Origin: a virus
Length of the DNA: 64,000 nucleotides
IMG/VR virus record: IMGVR_UViG_3300033553_000338
Span: 64,001-128,000 of that record
Strand: one strand, 5' to 3'
How positions within the stretch are numbered: position 1 is the first letter of the stretch; the number at the start of each line of letters is the position of its first letter. The notes under the pieces were generated by a model that was given only the letters and a program-made list of their open reading frames with translations, searched no databases and was not told where the DNA came from. A program made the position numbers and the translations under genes. Positions 19,230 through 29,382 of this stretch are shown here, piece by piece.

Positions 19230-19670
19230 ATGGAATCAATCGTACAGTTAGAAAGCGTAGTCTCAAGGACTGAACTTTCAAATGCTTTGGCATATTTAAT
19301 TGCGGCCAATCGGAAGGTCGAAGTTTCCGATGAGTTAATTAATGACATTGCTGATTTTACTGACTTGCTTTGTGAGGGTAAGATCGTAGAGGTTAAACCT
19401 AACGAAGGACGTGCTAAGCGTAGCCTTTCAGATACCAAGGATTATTGGCTGTTTAGTTTGAAACGGGATAATGGGCAACCCCTCATTATTCGTGGCAAAG
19501 ATTCTCTAGGTAACCCAATAGCCTATCTTGCATTTGGGCTTGCGTTGGATACTGGTGGTCCTCACCTTAGGGATATTGTCCGGATGATTCGATTTGTCAT
19601 CAACGGACGGACCAACAAGCTGAAAAGAGAATTCTTTAACGAATCCTCACCACTGATAATATGGGAATAG
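19230..19670 (+). CDS. Hypothetical protein
   Basis: ORF downstream of the promoter motif. Confidence 0.7.
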   Translation: MESIVQLESVVSRTELSNALAYLIAANRKVEVSDELINDIADFTDLLCEGKIVEVKPNEGRAKRSLSDTKDYWLFSLKRDNGQPLIIRGKDSLGNPIAYLAFGLALDTGGPHLRDIVRMIRFVINGRTNKLKREFFNESSPLIIWE

Positions 19671-19990
19671 ACGAAATACAATATGGCAAGGGCTCTTATG
19701 CTCTTGCCCTTACCATTCACGGGTCTCTGGGTCAATCAGCTACACAGTTTTATGCAATTGTAGAGGACAAGATGTTATTCTTTAGGCATAACAAATCAAT
19801 CCGCATTACTCAGAATCCTACAAAGGAAAAGTTTACGGAGTTCATTGACAGTCTTCGTGATATTACCTCGACTGAAGGTATTAATACTGAACTGCTCATT
19901 GAGGAAATTGAGGATGGTCGTGAAATTGTTCGGAAGCTCAAGAAGCTAACGAGAGTATTAACCCTTGATCTGGTAAACCATGGTAGCTGA
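19661..19990 (+). CDS. Hypothetical protein
   Basis: Coupled ORF. Confidence 0.7.
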   Translation: MGIDEIQYGKGSYALALTIHGSLGQSATQFYAIVEDKMLFFRHNKSIRITQNPTKEKFTEFIDSLRDITSTEGINTELLIEEIEDGREIVRKLKKLTRVLTLDLVNHGS

Positions 19991-20273
19991 GTTCATCAAG
20001 GATGCCACAGGCATTCTGGTATCGGAAGATATCGCAAAGTTCTGTTCTGATGAGTTGGTATGTGAGGTTTGTGATATTTTACAGTCTCGTGACCTTTCAG
20101 ACGCAGGGGAGTTGGACATCAAGATCGTGTGTTTGTCTACCTCGTTACATCTGCTAATAAAGGATGAATCGTGCAAGGTTGTATTAGATGAGGAGATCCC
20201 TTATGCTGATATGAGACATTCAAGGGTACATCTTCAGTTTTCAGATAATTGCTTAACCTTAAAATCAAAGTGA
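19980..20273 (+). CDS. Hypothetical protein
   Basis: Coupled ORF. Confidence 0.65.
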   Translation: MVAEFIKDATGILVSEDIAKFCSDELVCEVCDILQSRDLSDAGELDIKIVCLSTSLHLLIKDESCKVVLDEEIPYADMRHSRVHLQFSDNCLTLKSK

Positions 20274-20680
20274 TGGGACACATAGCTTACTCTAAACGAA
20301 ACAAGCAAGTTTTAACCAACTGTATAGTACCTTACCCACTAGAGCCCGGAGATGTTGAGTTCGAGGTGAATGAGCGTGGCTTCATAAAAGTGGCTGTTGA
20401 TGGTACTTCTTTCAAAGGAACCGTTGAACAGTTCAAAGACTTGATAAGCAAACCTTCAGCCAGTCAACCTTCAAACACTGTATATTTCCTGCTGGGTGAA
20501 ATCGCTGTACGAACTTATCGTATGGGTGGTGCCGGGCAGGTGATCTCTCAAAACATCCCTTACAAAGTCTCTGCATTTACGGAGAAGGTGACGGATGTTG
20601 CCCAGTTACTCAACCTGGTGTTTTCGTATCGTTTTTACGTGAACATTACCGAGAGTGAGTTTAACCTTCTTAGTGAATAA
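20273..20680 (+). CDS. Hypothetical protein
   Basis: ATG overlaps the upstream TGA. Confidence 0.7.
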   Translation: MGHIAYSKRNKQVLTNCIVPYPLEPGDVEFEVNERGFIKVAVDGTSFKGTVEQFKDLISKPSASQPSNTVYFLLGEIAVRTYRMGGAGQVISQNIPYKVSAFTEKVTDVAQLLNLVFSYRFYVNITESEFNLLSE

Positions 20681-20737
20681 CTCTGACATAATACCCCTGG
20701 AGCCTTTAAGGTGAAGGGGGCTATAAATTAGCTGGTT

Positions 20738-21460
20738 ATGGAATACAATGACTTAATATTTTTTGATGGGAAAGTTTTCCCACGTTTTCGAGCACCTTCT
20801 GGTAAATTAGGGGGTACTTGTATGTTACGGCTTCATAAGGAGGTCTGGTATTTGTGCAATTATGGTGAAGGTATTAAAGATCACTTCCCCGATATGTTGG
20901 GATTTACTCATGCCCTTCACGTAGCACCCTACCTGAATCTGATGGACTTCCTCCATAAGTTTGCACTTGACACTGACGATGCCCGTCAATTATCTGTCAT
21001 CACACGCGCAGTCTTGATGAATAATCGTCAGATTATCCTGGATTTTTTCGGGGAAAACAATGAGTTTGACGGGAAACCTTTGACTGTTTCTCAAATATTT
21101 ACCCGGTACATGAATGGGAATGTTCACCAGTGTATGGCGCACTTAGATGGTCGATACTGCGATAACGAGTTTATGGACATTGAGCTTAATGGAGTTTATC
21201 CGCTTAAGGGATTTAAAGTCAATAAGATTGATATAGATGTCCCTTGCAGTGCATGTCCATTTTTTTCCAAAGATAATTTTGCGGACTTTTTTGGAATTAC
21301 CCAGGAGCAAACATACCTGTCCTTAAAGGCACTGAATGCCCCGGGAACAGTCACTGTGGAAACCTTCAATGAGATTCTGGGTATAGATCTTCCTGGAAAG
21401 CCAGAGTTCGATTCTCATTTATCTTCATCAAGTATGCTTTTTAACGTCCCTAAAATTTAA
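20738..21460 (+). CDS. Hypothetical protein with CxxC, ends LFNVPKI
   Basis: 240 aa; likely paralog of the next gene. Confidence 0.75.
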   Translation: MEYNDLIFFDGKVFPRFRAPSGKLGGTCMLRLHKEVWYLCNYGEGIKDHFPDMLGFTHALHVAPYLNLMDFLHKFALDTDDARQLSVITRAVLMNNRQIILDFFGENNEFDGKPLTVSQIFTRYMNGNVHQCMAHLDGRYCDNEFMDIELNGVYPLKGFKVNKIDIDVPCSACPFFSKDNFADFFGITQEQTYLSLKALNAPGTVTVETFNEILGIDLPGKPEFDSHLSSSSMLFNVPKI

Positions 21461-21464
21461 ACCT

Positions 21465-22247
21465 ATGATAACAACTCCCAAGGAAATCTTAAAATTGGAC
21501 GGGTCTCATGTTACATTTGATTTTGCAGAAGCTAAAGATATTCCAGGTATACTGATCTTTGGAGAAGGTGAAATTGTAATTGCAAATAATCAATTTCAAT
21601 CTGGCTTCACTTCAAATGACCTTGGTGGATATAAGTACACTGTACTTGTGTTTAGTTATCTTCACCCTGATATAGAACGTGCTAATACCGCTGAGAAATT
21701 CAAGGATGTCTTGAGTAATGCTTACAATATTAAATTTGTTGACCGTCCCCGGATGGCTGCAGTTGAACGGGCACATGCTACCAGAAGGTTATGGGAATTG
21801 ACATCCTATGATGCCTTTCTTGCAAATGAGGACTATTCAGATTCAGAGTACTACATGGCTGAGTTCTTTATAGGACATCTGGATCTTAAGCCAGTAGGTA
21901 AATGTTCATTGAAGGATACTGAATTGATCTGTGATAAGTCTTTCTGCCATAAGTGTGTATTTCAGGGAAGCATAGATACCTTGTGTAACAAGTTTCTTCT
22001 GAATCCATCAATTTTACTGGAGCTGGATGATATGGCCGTAATGACCAGGGGAGGAGCTTCTTACCTTGAGGATATGCATAACTTGATGATAGGCTCAGAC
22101 TTTTTTGACTGGGCTGTACCTCTGCCCGTGGACCCTTCAGGAATTGGAGATCCTGTAATAATGCACAGCTCTCCTGAGTGTGATCTGATCACATCCCCAG
22201 GATCTGAACAACCAGAAATTAAACTATTTAATGTCCCAAAATTATAA
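21465..22247 (+). CDS. Hypothetical protein with CxxC, ends LFNVPKL
   Basis: 260 aa; likely paralog of the previous gene. Confidence 0.75.
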   Translation: MITTPKEILKLDGSHVTFDFAEAKDIPGILIFGEGEIVIANNQFQSGFTSNDLGGYKYTVLVFSYLHPDIERANTAEKFKDVLSNAYNIKFVDRPRMAAVERAHATRRLWELTSYDAFLANEDYSDSEYYMAEFFIGHLDLKPVGKCSLKDTELICDKSFCHKCVFQGSIDTLCNKFLLNPSILLELDDMAVMTRGGASYLEDMHNLMIGSDFFDWAVPLPVDPSGIGDPVIMHSSPECDLITSPGSEQPEIKLFNVPKL

Positions 22248-22253
22248 TTTGTT

Positions 22254-22691
22254 ATGGAAAATTTAAAATTAGTAGATGCCGTATGTACTCAGCTTGAGGA
22301 CATCTCAACCAAAGCATTGGTTAACAAGTTTTTTGAAATTCAGATTCAGGAGTTTGATCGTGGTTTAGTCATGCTGGAGGCAAACCTGAAGTCCATGAAG
22401 ATCCTTCACACTACCCAGCTTGCAAGTACTGAGTATGATATCGAGGATGCTGAGAAAGCCCTCACACAATCGTACCTGCATGTGGATCTAGACAGAATTG
22501 GTACAAACGCTGATGCCAAAAAGTACATGAGTGCTTACTGGGCAAGTGTCAACGCTGCGAAGGATTCCTTGAAAGCCTTGAAATTAGCGAAAAAGGAAGC
22601 TATCGCTACCTACGAACAGGAGGTCAAGGAAGTTGAGGAAAACATTAAAAATCACAAGGAACGTATCCTGATTATCAAATCTTGGAAATAA
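22254..22691 (+). CDS. Coiled-coil hypothetical protein
   Basis: Helical, K/E/A-rich. Confidence 0.75.
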   Translation: MENLKLVDAVCTQLEDISTKALVNKFFEIQIQEFDRGLVMLEANLKSMKILHTTQLASTEYDIEDAEKALTQSYLHVDLDRIGTNADAKKYMSAYWASVNAAKDSLKALKLAKKEAIATYEQEVKEVEENIKNHKERILIIKSWK

Positions 22692-22754
22692 AACTTAGAG
22701 AGTCCACCGGCTGTATGGTTGGTGGTCTCACTTAGTAACCCCAATTAGACTGAT

Positions 22755-22928
22755 ATGAACTACCTAGATATTGCAATTAATGTGGCTAAGCTGTACGGGG
22801 ATTTACATCCTGGTAAAACTCAGTATACCTACATAAGGGAAGGTAAGAAGGCAGATCGTAATGGGCCATGCCCCTGTGGGAGTGGAAAGAAGTATAAAAG
22901 ATGCTGTAGGGGCAGCAACAAAAAATAA
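22755..22928 (+). CDS. SEC-C motif (SecA-type metal-binding) microprotein, 57 aa
   Basis: Hand translation ends ...RNGPCPCGSGKKYKRCCRGSNKK; below the ORF-track length cut-off. Confidence 0.85.
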   Translation: MNYLDIAINVAKLYGDLHPGKTQYTYIREGKKADRNGPCPCGSGKKYKRCCRGSNKK

Positions 22929-22933
22929 CAATT

Positions 22934-23305
22934 ATGGAACTATCTGAAAGAGATGAAAATAGGGGGATAACAAGGGTAATGGTTGTTGGGAGCCCTACAT
23001 GCGGGTCACACTTAGCACATTTGGGTAGAGTTTTGGAAACTGAGGGAATGTTACTTGTTGGTTGTTGTTTAGACCCCGATGATATGAGGATGAAATCATT
23101 ACATTACACAGAACCTCAAGTTGCTCCTGGTGATTTACAAACAGCTTTAATTGACTTAGGATTAAGGGACGTTCCTATCGAATCTGCACCTCCTGCTAGT
23201 GGGTCATTGGAACCCCTGATGCCAAAGATGATTACCCTGAATCCGTACCCATTAACCCGTGCCCAGCGCAGAAAAAATGCAAGGAGTACCAAGAAAAGAA
23301 AATAA
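22934..23305 (+). CDS. Hypothetical protein
   Basis: ORF with basic tail TRAQRRKNAR. Confidence 0.65.
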   Translation: MELSERDENRGITRVMVVGSPTCGSHLAHLGRVLETEGMLLVGCCLDPDDMRMKSLHYTEPQVAPGDLQTALIDLGLRDVPIESAPPASGSLEPLMPKMITLNPYPLTRAQRRKNARSTKKRK

Positions 23306-23329
23306 CACATCACAAAAATAACCAACACA

Positions 23330-24322
23330 ATGGAAAACGATAAATTAAAGCAATTGTGCGACATCGCATTAGTACTTAACCCGGTTAAATCCCTTGAAAG
23401 GAATGATGTCCGGCTTACCGTCCTGGAAATTCTAGTAGCTGAGAAGCTGGGAATTTCTGGATTTGAGCTTCTTGGAACTGCCCGTCTCCACGATGGGGGT
23501 ATTCTTTTTGACAACCTTCGTTATTGGGAAATTTTGATGGAACGTACCGGGTTCAAGTACACCTACATTCATGACTTTGAGAAGAAAGTTCACAATCCTA
23601 GAACACGCTACACTGTTATGAAAGTGATCAATGACTGTTATGACTTAGTGAGTACCCATTCTCATTTGGTGACCAGCGAGTTGATTGAAAATACAACAAT
23701 GGATGTTGCCAGGTATTTAAGAAGAGTATGCCTTCAGGACTTTATTGACTCCAATGTCAAGCTCCATGAATTTCATACTAACCTAGTCAGCCCGATCATT
23801 GAGATGGTTTTTGCAACTAATCTCACCGAACCCAACCCTGTTGACAAGGTAAGTATTGACGAATTGTCCAAACTCCCGGGAACTAAAGTTACAGAGCCGG
23901 TAGCTGTGGAGAAGGAAGTAAAAGGCAAGCGGAAGTATACCCCTAGAAAATCTAAAGGTGGCCAGCTGGACCCTATTACCTCAGATATAGTACCCGGTAT
24001 ACCCGGTGATACCAAACCTGCTAATGAAGGTCCACCGATATTCTGCACTACGTCATTGGTGAATAAGCCCAAAGCAACCCCTGCAGAACCTCCGGCACCT
24101 GTACGTGGGATCCCAGGTGAGCGTAATGAAGTCATTACAGAAGTTGATGTGTCTTCCCCAGACGCTGAACTCCCTCAACCCCCAACAATAGGGACTGCAC
24201 AGGAACTACATGAGGAAACGGTAGGATTTGGTAGAGCATCTGGTAGGATTAACAGCCGGGCCAATCGTATAAAACAACTTAGCAAGCACCCATCGGTGTT
24301 TCTCTCTTTAAACCCACAGTAA
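23330..24322 (+). CDS. Hypothetical protein with Pro-rich disordered C-terminal half
   Basis: 330-aa ORF. Confidence 0.75.
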   Translation: MENDKLKQLCDIALVLNPVKSLERNDVRLTVLEILVAEKLGISGFELLGTARLHDGGILFDNLRYWEILMERTGFKYTYIHDFEKKVHNPRTRYTVMKVINDCYDLVSTHSHLVTSELIENTTMDVARYLRRVCLQDFIDSNVKLHEFHTNLVSPIIEMVFATNLTEPNPVDKVSIDELSKLPGTKVTEPVAVEKEVKGKRKYTPRKSKGGQLDPITSDIVPGIPGDTKPANEGPPIFCTTSLVNKPKATPAEPPAPVRGIPGERNEVITEVDVSSPDAELPQPPTIGTAQELHEETVGFGRASGRINSRANRIKQLSKHPSVFLSLNPQ

Positions 24323-24507
24323 TGACCGACTACGGAGTACAAAGACTGGCTTTGGTACTTGCTGTTCAAGCAGAGGTAGAAGGTATGAAGGCTGAAAATT
24401 TAATCCGGGAGCAGCAGAATCTCTCACCTGCCTACGGAAGAGATAATTTTGAAGAAATGTCTGGAAGATTAACCAATTTAGCTTATTCAAATGATGACCA
24501 ACTTTAA
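24322..24507 (+). CDS. Small phage hypothetical protein
   Basis: EVEGMKAEN...AY motif; coupled ORF. Confidence 0.65.
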   Translation: MTDYGVQRLALVLAVQAEVEGMKAENLIREQQNLSPAYGRDNFEEMSGRLTNLAYSNDDQL

Positions 24508-25483
24508 TGCATTTGATTACGACCGCTATATTGTAGCATTTTCCGGAGGTAAAGACAGTGTAGCGTGTTTTTTACATTTGATTCAACTCGGTATCCCTTT
24601 GGAAAAAGTTGAACTTTGGCACCATCGGATCGATGGGCATGAGGGATCCAACTTAATGGATTGGCCGGTGACCGATGACTACTGCCGAAAGTTTGCAAAA
24701 GCTTTTGGGGTACCTATCTACTATTCTTGGAAAACTGAAGGATTTGAAGGGGAGTTACTTCGGGAAAACCGGAAGACTCTGCCCAATCGATTTGAGTATC
24801 CTGCGGAAGATTCCATTGTTGAGTGTGGATTGGTTGGAGGTGTTCGGGGAAAGGACTCCACCAGGAGATTGTTTCCCCAAGTTACCGCGAACCTGTCACA
24901 ACGTTGGTGCAGTGCCTATCTGAAAATCGATGTTGCTTCAGCTGCGCTGAATAACCAGAAACGATTCCACAACAAGCGGACCCTATTTATTACCGGGGAA
25001 CGTGCTGAGGAATCAACTGCCCGGGCACATTATGCAGTGTTTGAACCACATCGATGTGATGCCCGTAATGGAGTGAAGAAACGATGGGTTGACCATTGGA
25101 GACCGGTACATTCCTGGGGTGAGCCTCAGGTTTGGGATATTATAGAACGTGCCAATGTTTTACCACATCCGGCTTACCGGCTAGGGTGGGGGAGACTATC
25201 TTGTATGTTCTGTATCTTCGGATCTGATAACCAGTGGAAGTCTGCTCACGAGGTTGACCCTCAACGAGTGCAACGGATTATCCAGTATGAACAAGAATTC
25301 GGTAAAACCATTCATCGCAAGCTGAGTGTTATCGAACGAATATCTAAAGGAGTAGCCCACTGTAAAGATTGGGATCGAGAGCTTATCGCTCTGGCCTTGT
25401 CGGATACTTACACTGAAAGCATCTTTGCTGAAGAGTGGGAACTTCCCATTGGAGCCTATGGTGAGAACGCTGGACCTACTTAG
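24491..25483 (+). CDS. PAPS-reductase-family (PP-loop) protein
   Basis: VAFSGGKDS, RWCSAYLK, GERAEESTARA, HPAY and RLSCMFC. Confidence 0.88.
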   Translation: MMTNFNAFDYDRYIVAFSGGKDSVACFLHLIQLGIPLEKVELWHHRIDGHEGSNLMDWPVTDDYCRKFAKAFGVPIYYSWKTEGFEGELLRENRKTLPNRFEYPAEDSIVECGLVGGVRGKDSTRRLFPQVTANLSQRWCSAYLKIDVASAALNNQKRFHNKRTLFITGERAEESTARAHYAVFEPHRCDARNGVKKRWVDHWRPVHSWGEPQVWDIIERANVLPHPAYRLGWGRLSCMFCIFGSDNQWKSAHEVDPQRVQRIIQYEQEFGKTIHRKLSVIERISKGVAHCKDWDRELIALALSDTYTESIFAEEWELPIGAYGENAGPT

Positions 25484-25516
25484 TTATCAGGTATAACCTC
25501 TAATATTACAGAATTC

Positions 25517-25798
25517 ATGATCTTTCGATACGCATTAAGGAATCAGCAGAAGATTGCTCAGAAGCTGGGAAACCACGTTCTTTTGGACCTTCGTAAGTCC
25601 CTTGACGGGTACTTTTCCAAGGATCAGGAATTGGTGGTTAAGGAGTTCCCTGACATTAAACCTGGGGTAGCTATGAAAGGACTTCTGGTAAAGTCATCTA
25701 AAGATGAACCAGTTACCCATACTTTTCTGATTACACGAATTACTTTTAACGTATATAATTTAGCCTATTATGGTACAAACAGCAATATTGGCGGGTAA
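25517..25798 (+). CDS. Hypothetical protein
   Basis: ORF in operon order. Confidence 0.65.
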   Translation: MIFRYALRNQQKIAQKLGNHVLLDLRKSLDGYFSKDQELVVKEFPDIKPGVAMKGLLVKSSKDEPVTHTFLITRITFNVYNLAYYGTNSNIGG

Positions 25799-26453
25799 AA
25801 CAGTTGCCCTGAAGATCGTCCCTGATAATGACTGCAGAAGCCCTCGGGAAGATGATGAGGGTATTTTGGGGACAATGGTGTACACTTCCTCAGACTATGT
25901 GCTTGGAGATAAGAGGATATCTGATCCCATTGAATTTCTCATCGATATCTTAGGGTACAGCTATGACACGTATAGTGAGTACCTTTCCTCAAAGTTTGAG
26001 AGGGCTAGTGATATACTGGCATATCTGGAGGATAAGTTTGAAAAGAAATTTGTTGTTCATAAGTTGTATCTGTATGATCATTCAGGGATAACCATGAGTA
26101 CAAGTCCTTTCTCCTGCCGCTGGGACTCTGGCCAGGTAGGTTACATTTATGCTTCTCTGGAACGATACAATGAGTTGACCTGCAATAAGCATAAACGATT
26201 GACCAAAACTTTACGCAATAAAATCCTTGAGGAATTGAAGGGGGAGGTAAAAACTTTTGACGACCACCTCACAGGTAGCGTCTATGGATTTGAAATCAAT
26301 GAGGTTGATGAGGATGGGGATGAATTAAACTTCATCGATTCCTGTTACGGCTTCTACGGAGATGAGTGGTTTAAAAATGGGATGTCTGATTATGTCCCGG
26401 ACGAGCTTCACCAACTTCTGAAAGATGTTGAAATAACTTATAGCAATAGCTAA
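25770..26453 (+). CDS. Conserved phage hypothetical protein
   Basis: LYLYDHSGIT...WDSGQVGYIY...DSCYGFYG motifs. Confidence 0.75.
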   Translation: MVQTAILAGKTVALKIVPDNDCRSPREDDEGILGTMVYTSSDYVLGDKRISDPIEFLIDILGYSYDTYSEYLSSKFERASDILAYLEDKFEKKFVVHKLYLYDHSGITMSTSPFSCRWDSGQVGYIYASLERYNELTCNKHKRLTKTLRNKILEELKGEVKTFDDHLTGSVYGFEINEVDEDGDELNFIDSCYGFYGDEWFKNGMSDYVPDELHQLLKDVEITYSNS

Positions 26454-26635
26454 TGACAGTCAATGAATTGATTACAGCCCTGCAACTCCTTAAGCCCAGC
26501 TTACGGGATAAACCGGTGTTTATCGTTGCTCCTAATGGACTGAAGTTTGAGCCAAAGCCAAAATGTCTTTTAGGTAAAGGTAAAAACTACTGGGATGAAG
26601 ATGCAGTTGAAAGTGTTCTACTAACTTACGAATAA
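26453..26635 (+). CDS. Small hypothetical protein
   Basis: MTVNELITALQ start typical of small phage proteins. Confidence 0.65.
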   Translation: MTVNELITALQLLKPSLRDKPVFIVAPNGLKFEPKPKCLLGKGKNYWDEDAVESVLLTYE

Positions 26636-26637
26636 TG

Positions 26638-26671
26638 GAGAGGGGTATAATTTCCCCTCCCCACTTATTTT
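26638..26671. terminator. Hairpin between convergent genes
   Basis: GAGGGG-TATAATTT-CCCCTC stem. Confidence 0.5.
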
Positions 26672-28282
26672 CTATAGGTCACTGAAGGCATCATCGCTGG
26701 TCTCCATTTCCTCCTTACCGGTGATCATACACTCTGTAGTGAGGATCATCCCTGCAACTGAGGAAGCATTGAGTAAAGCATTCTTTGCAACCAATGAAGG
26801 GTCAATTACTTTGGTGATTAGCATATCTCCAAAGTCACCAGTCCGTAGGTTCAGGCAAGAATGTATATCTCCCTTAAGAATCATTTCAGCAGCAGAGCCG
26901 ATGGCGTTCTTTTTGCCGGCATTTGTAAGAATGCACTGAAAGGGAGCATGTAATGCTTGCTTCATGATTTCCCAGGCGATAACGTCATGGGTGTTTGAGC
27001 TATTGTAGCTTAATACTGAAGCAGCTCTCAGGTAAGTGGCACCACCACCGGGCACAACTCCGTCTTGGATAGCCGAACGACAGGCCGCGAGAGCATCGTC
27101 AATCCGGTCAATCTTTTCGCGGATCTCAAATTCGGAGTATGCTCCAACATTGATTGTTGCAATACCCCCGGTGAACTTCGCGTAACGCTGACGGTTTTTC
27201 TTCAAGTCAAACTCATCATCTGATGAGGCTACTTGTTTTTCGATAATCTCTTTACGCAGAGCCTTAAGCTCATTGCTACCATGTCCACCAATAATGGTGG
27301 TTGAGTTTTCGGTAACGATTACTTTCTCAGCTGATCCCAGGTACACAGATTTAAAGGATCCCAACAGATAACCTCTGTCCGGGGCAAATACAGTTGCACC
27401 GGTCATAGCTGCTATGTCATCCAAAGTCTCAACGCGGTAGGAACCGTGTTCCGGTGTATGAGTAGCACAAATTTCTACAGCTCCTTTCATCCGGTTTAGG
27501 ATAAGGTTGTTTAATACTTTCTGATCGTACTCATTGGCAATGATCAGTATAGGTCTTTTTTGCTCTTTGGCATAAGTAAGTACCTGGACAATTTCAGCTA
27601 CCTTTTCAATCTTTGCCTGGCACACTAAGATCAATGGGTCTTTAAGGATACACTGTTTTTTGTCCGGAGTATTGGAAAACTGACTGTTAAGGAATCCTTT
27701 CATGTACTCCAGACCATCGGTGAAGGTCACAGTTGTTTCAAAAGATGAGGATTCACCCAGTTCAATGACCCCCTGGTATCCAATACGGGAATAGGCCTGG
27801 TAGATTAGGTTTCCGATCTCTGTATCATTGTTCGCGGATATTGTGGCCACTTCACGCAGGATGTCCAGGTCTACCGGACGTTTTACACGGTCGATAAACT
27901 CTACAATCTCCTGAACTCGCAGGTCGATGCAACGCTTAAGCTCGACAGGATTGACATCTTTTTTCAGTGCCTCCATGCCCAGCTTGGTGATTGCATGTGC
28001 TAAAACCGTAGCAGTGGTTGTACCGTCACCGGCATCATCGGAAGTCCTGGAAGCTACCTCCTTTACAATGTTAGCTCCAAGGTTCTCAAAGGGATCCTCA
28101 AGGGTAATACTTCGGGCCACAGTCACACCGTCTTTGGTAATGTGGGCTTTTCCGGAGTTTCTTTCAATAATCACATTTCGTCCCATAGGCCCTAAGGTGA
28201 CTGAGACTGCCTTTGCAAGGATGGTCAATCCACGAAGGATTGCTTCCCTTGACTCATCGTTGAATTTAATTTGTTTTGCCAT
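26672..28282 (-). CDS. groEL: Chaperonin GroEL (Cpn60), 536 aa
   Basis: MAKQIKF...VTLGPMGRNV, ITKDGVTVA, GDGTTTATVLA, GVVPGGG; no GGM tail. Confidence 0.96.
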   Translation of the reverse strand: MAKQIKFNDESREAILRGLTILAKAVSVTLGPMGRNVIIERNSGKAHITKDGVTVARSITLEDPFENLGANIVKEVASRTSDDAGDGTTTATVLAHAITKLGMEALKKDVNPVELKRCIDLRVQEIVEFIDRVKRPVDLDILREVATISANNDTEIGNLIYQAYSRIGYQGVIELGESSSFETTVTFTDGLEYMKGFLNSQFSNTPDKKQCILKDPLILVCQAKIEKVAEIVQVLTYAKEQKRPILIIANEYDQKVLNNLILNRMKGAVEICATHTPEHGSYRVETLDDIAAMTGATVFAPDRGYLLGSFKSVYLGSAEKVIVTENSTTIIGGHGSNELKALRKEIIEKQVASSDDEFDLKKNRQRYAKFTGGIATINVGAYSEFEIREKIDRIDDALAACRSAIQDGVVPGGGATYLRAASVLSYNSSNTHDVIAWEIMKQALHAPFQCILTNAGKKNAIGSAAEMILKGDIHSCLNLRTGDFGDMLITKVIDPSLVAKNALLNASSVAGMILTTECMITGKEEMETSDDAFSDL

Positions 28283-28354
28283 ATTATAACTAGAATTATT
28301 ATCTAGTAAGAATATAATCAAAAATTGTCGTATAATCAATCTTAATTATTACTT

Positions 28355-29014
28355 TTGAAGCATTTTATCATGGAATATAAAGAACTCGAAGAACTTGTAA
28401 AAGCCGAAAAGGTTGAGTATATCATCATGGCTGATGGGACTAAAGCCAGGTTATTCATTTCAAACATGGATCGCCTTTGCAGATTTAAACCCAAATCTTC
28501 CAGAAGAGGGTATGTCCTATCCGAAGTTGATGTTAACACACTTCAGGCAATTGTGTACCTGAAAGAAAAAACCCAGGAGGATCTGGATAAAGATGAATTC
28601 AAGCTCATCTCAAAATACCGGAAGCTTGCGGAGAAATCCAGCTTCACAAATCCCTTTATTGAGGATTGTCGGTTTCTTCCTGCCACTTTGGAAGAGTGGG
28701 TTAAGCAAGGTAAGAAGAGCCTGTATGACTATCGTATCACCACTGGAAACCGGATTGATGGGAAGGTTATTACGCTTGACAAAATTTTCAGACTGTACCC
28801 AGAGGCAGTAAACTCCTTCAGGGATGCCATTAGAAAGAAAAGGGAAAGTAGGCATTCAGGTCCTATGGATGGGTATGATATGACAATCAGTACCCAGAAG
28901 AGGGGAGATGGTACCTTTGTAGGGTACCTTGCTATGGAGTTCAAGGGATGTGCCAATGGTTATTACTATGCCCTAATCAATGACAATACTTTTATAGGTG
29001 TTGATGTTGATTAA
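28355..29014 (+). CDS. Hypothetical protein
   Basis: 219-aa ORF after a promoter with a TACTTTTG box. Confidence 0.75.
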   Translation: MKHFIMEYKELEELVKAEKVEYIIMADGTKARLFISNMDRLCRFKPKSSRRGYVLSEVDVNTLQAIVYLKEKTQEDLDKDEFKLISKYRKLAEKSSFTNPFIEDCRFLPATLEEWVKQGKKSLYDYRITTGNRIDGKVITLDKIFRLYPEAVNSFRDAIRKKRESRHSGPMDGYDMTISTQKRGDGTFVGYLAMEFKGCANGYYYALINDNTFIGVDVD

Positions 29015-29023
29015 TTTTAGGGT

Positions 29024-29326
29024 ATGGATAGGATAAAAGAGTTAGTAGAACTTATAGCTATTTCAATTTTTCTTAGCCCTTGTACAGATGAAGAATTATG
29101 TGATAGGGAATTTCTAAATAATATATGCCTGGGCAATGTGCAAAGGCTTATTATGAGGTTAGAAAAAGAGAAAGCAATTTATTATAAAGGGGAAACTATG
29201 CACATTTACAGATCCTGGGCCAAGAAAAACTTAAAAGGACATGATCTTGATTTCCGCACAGAGAAGGAAAAATACTTGGATGGTATGACTACTTTTGCAC
29301 GTGAAGTTTATAAGGGTAACTTTTGA
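29024..29326 (+). CDS. Hypothetical protein (possible winged helix)
   Basis: ORF in operon order. Confidence 0.6.
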   Translation: MDRIKELVELIAISIFLSPCTDEELCDREFLNNICLGNVQRLIMRLEKEKAIYYKGETMHIYRSWAKKNLKGHDLDFRTEKEKYLDGMTTFAREVYKGNF

Positions 29327-29346
29327 GAAACTATTGCAAATTTTTA

Positions 29347-29377
29347 TTTGTATAATAGTTTTTAATGATTAAATTCG
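29347..29377 (+). promoter_or_regulatory. Promoter of the RNA island
   Basis: TTTG-N19-TAAATTCG containing the GTATAA-N6-TTAAT motif. Confidence 0.65.
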
Positions 29378-29382
29378 TGTAT

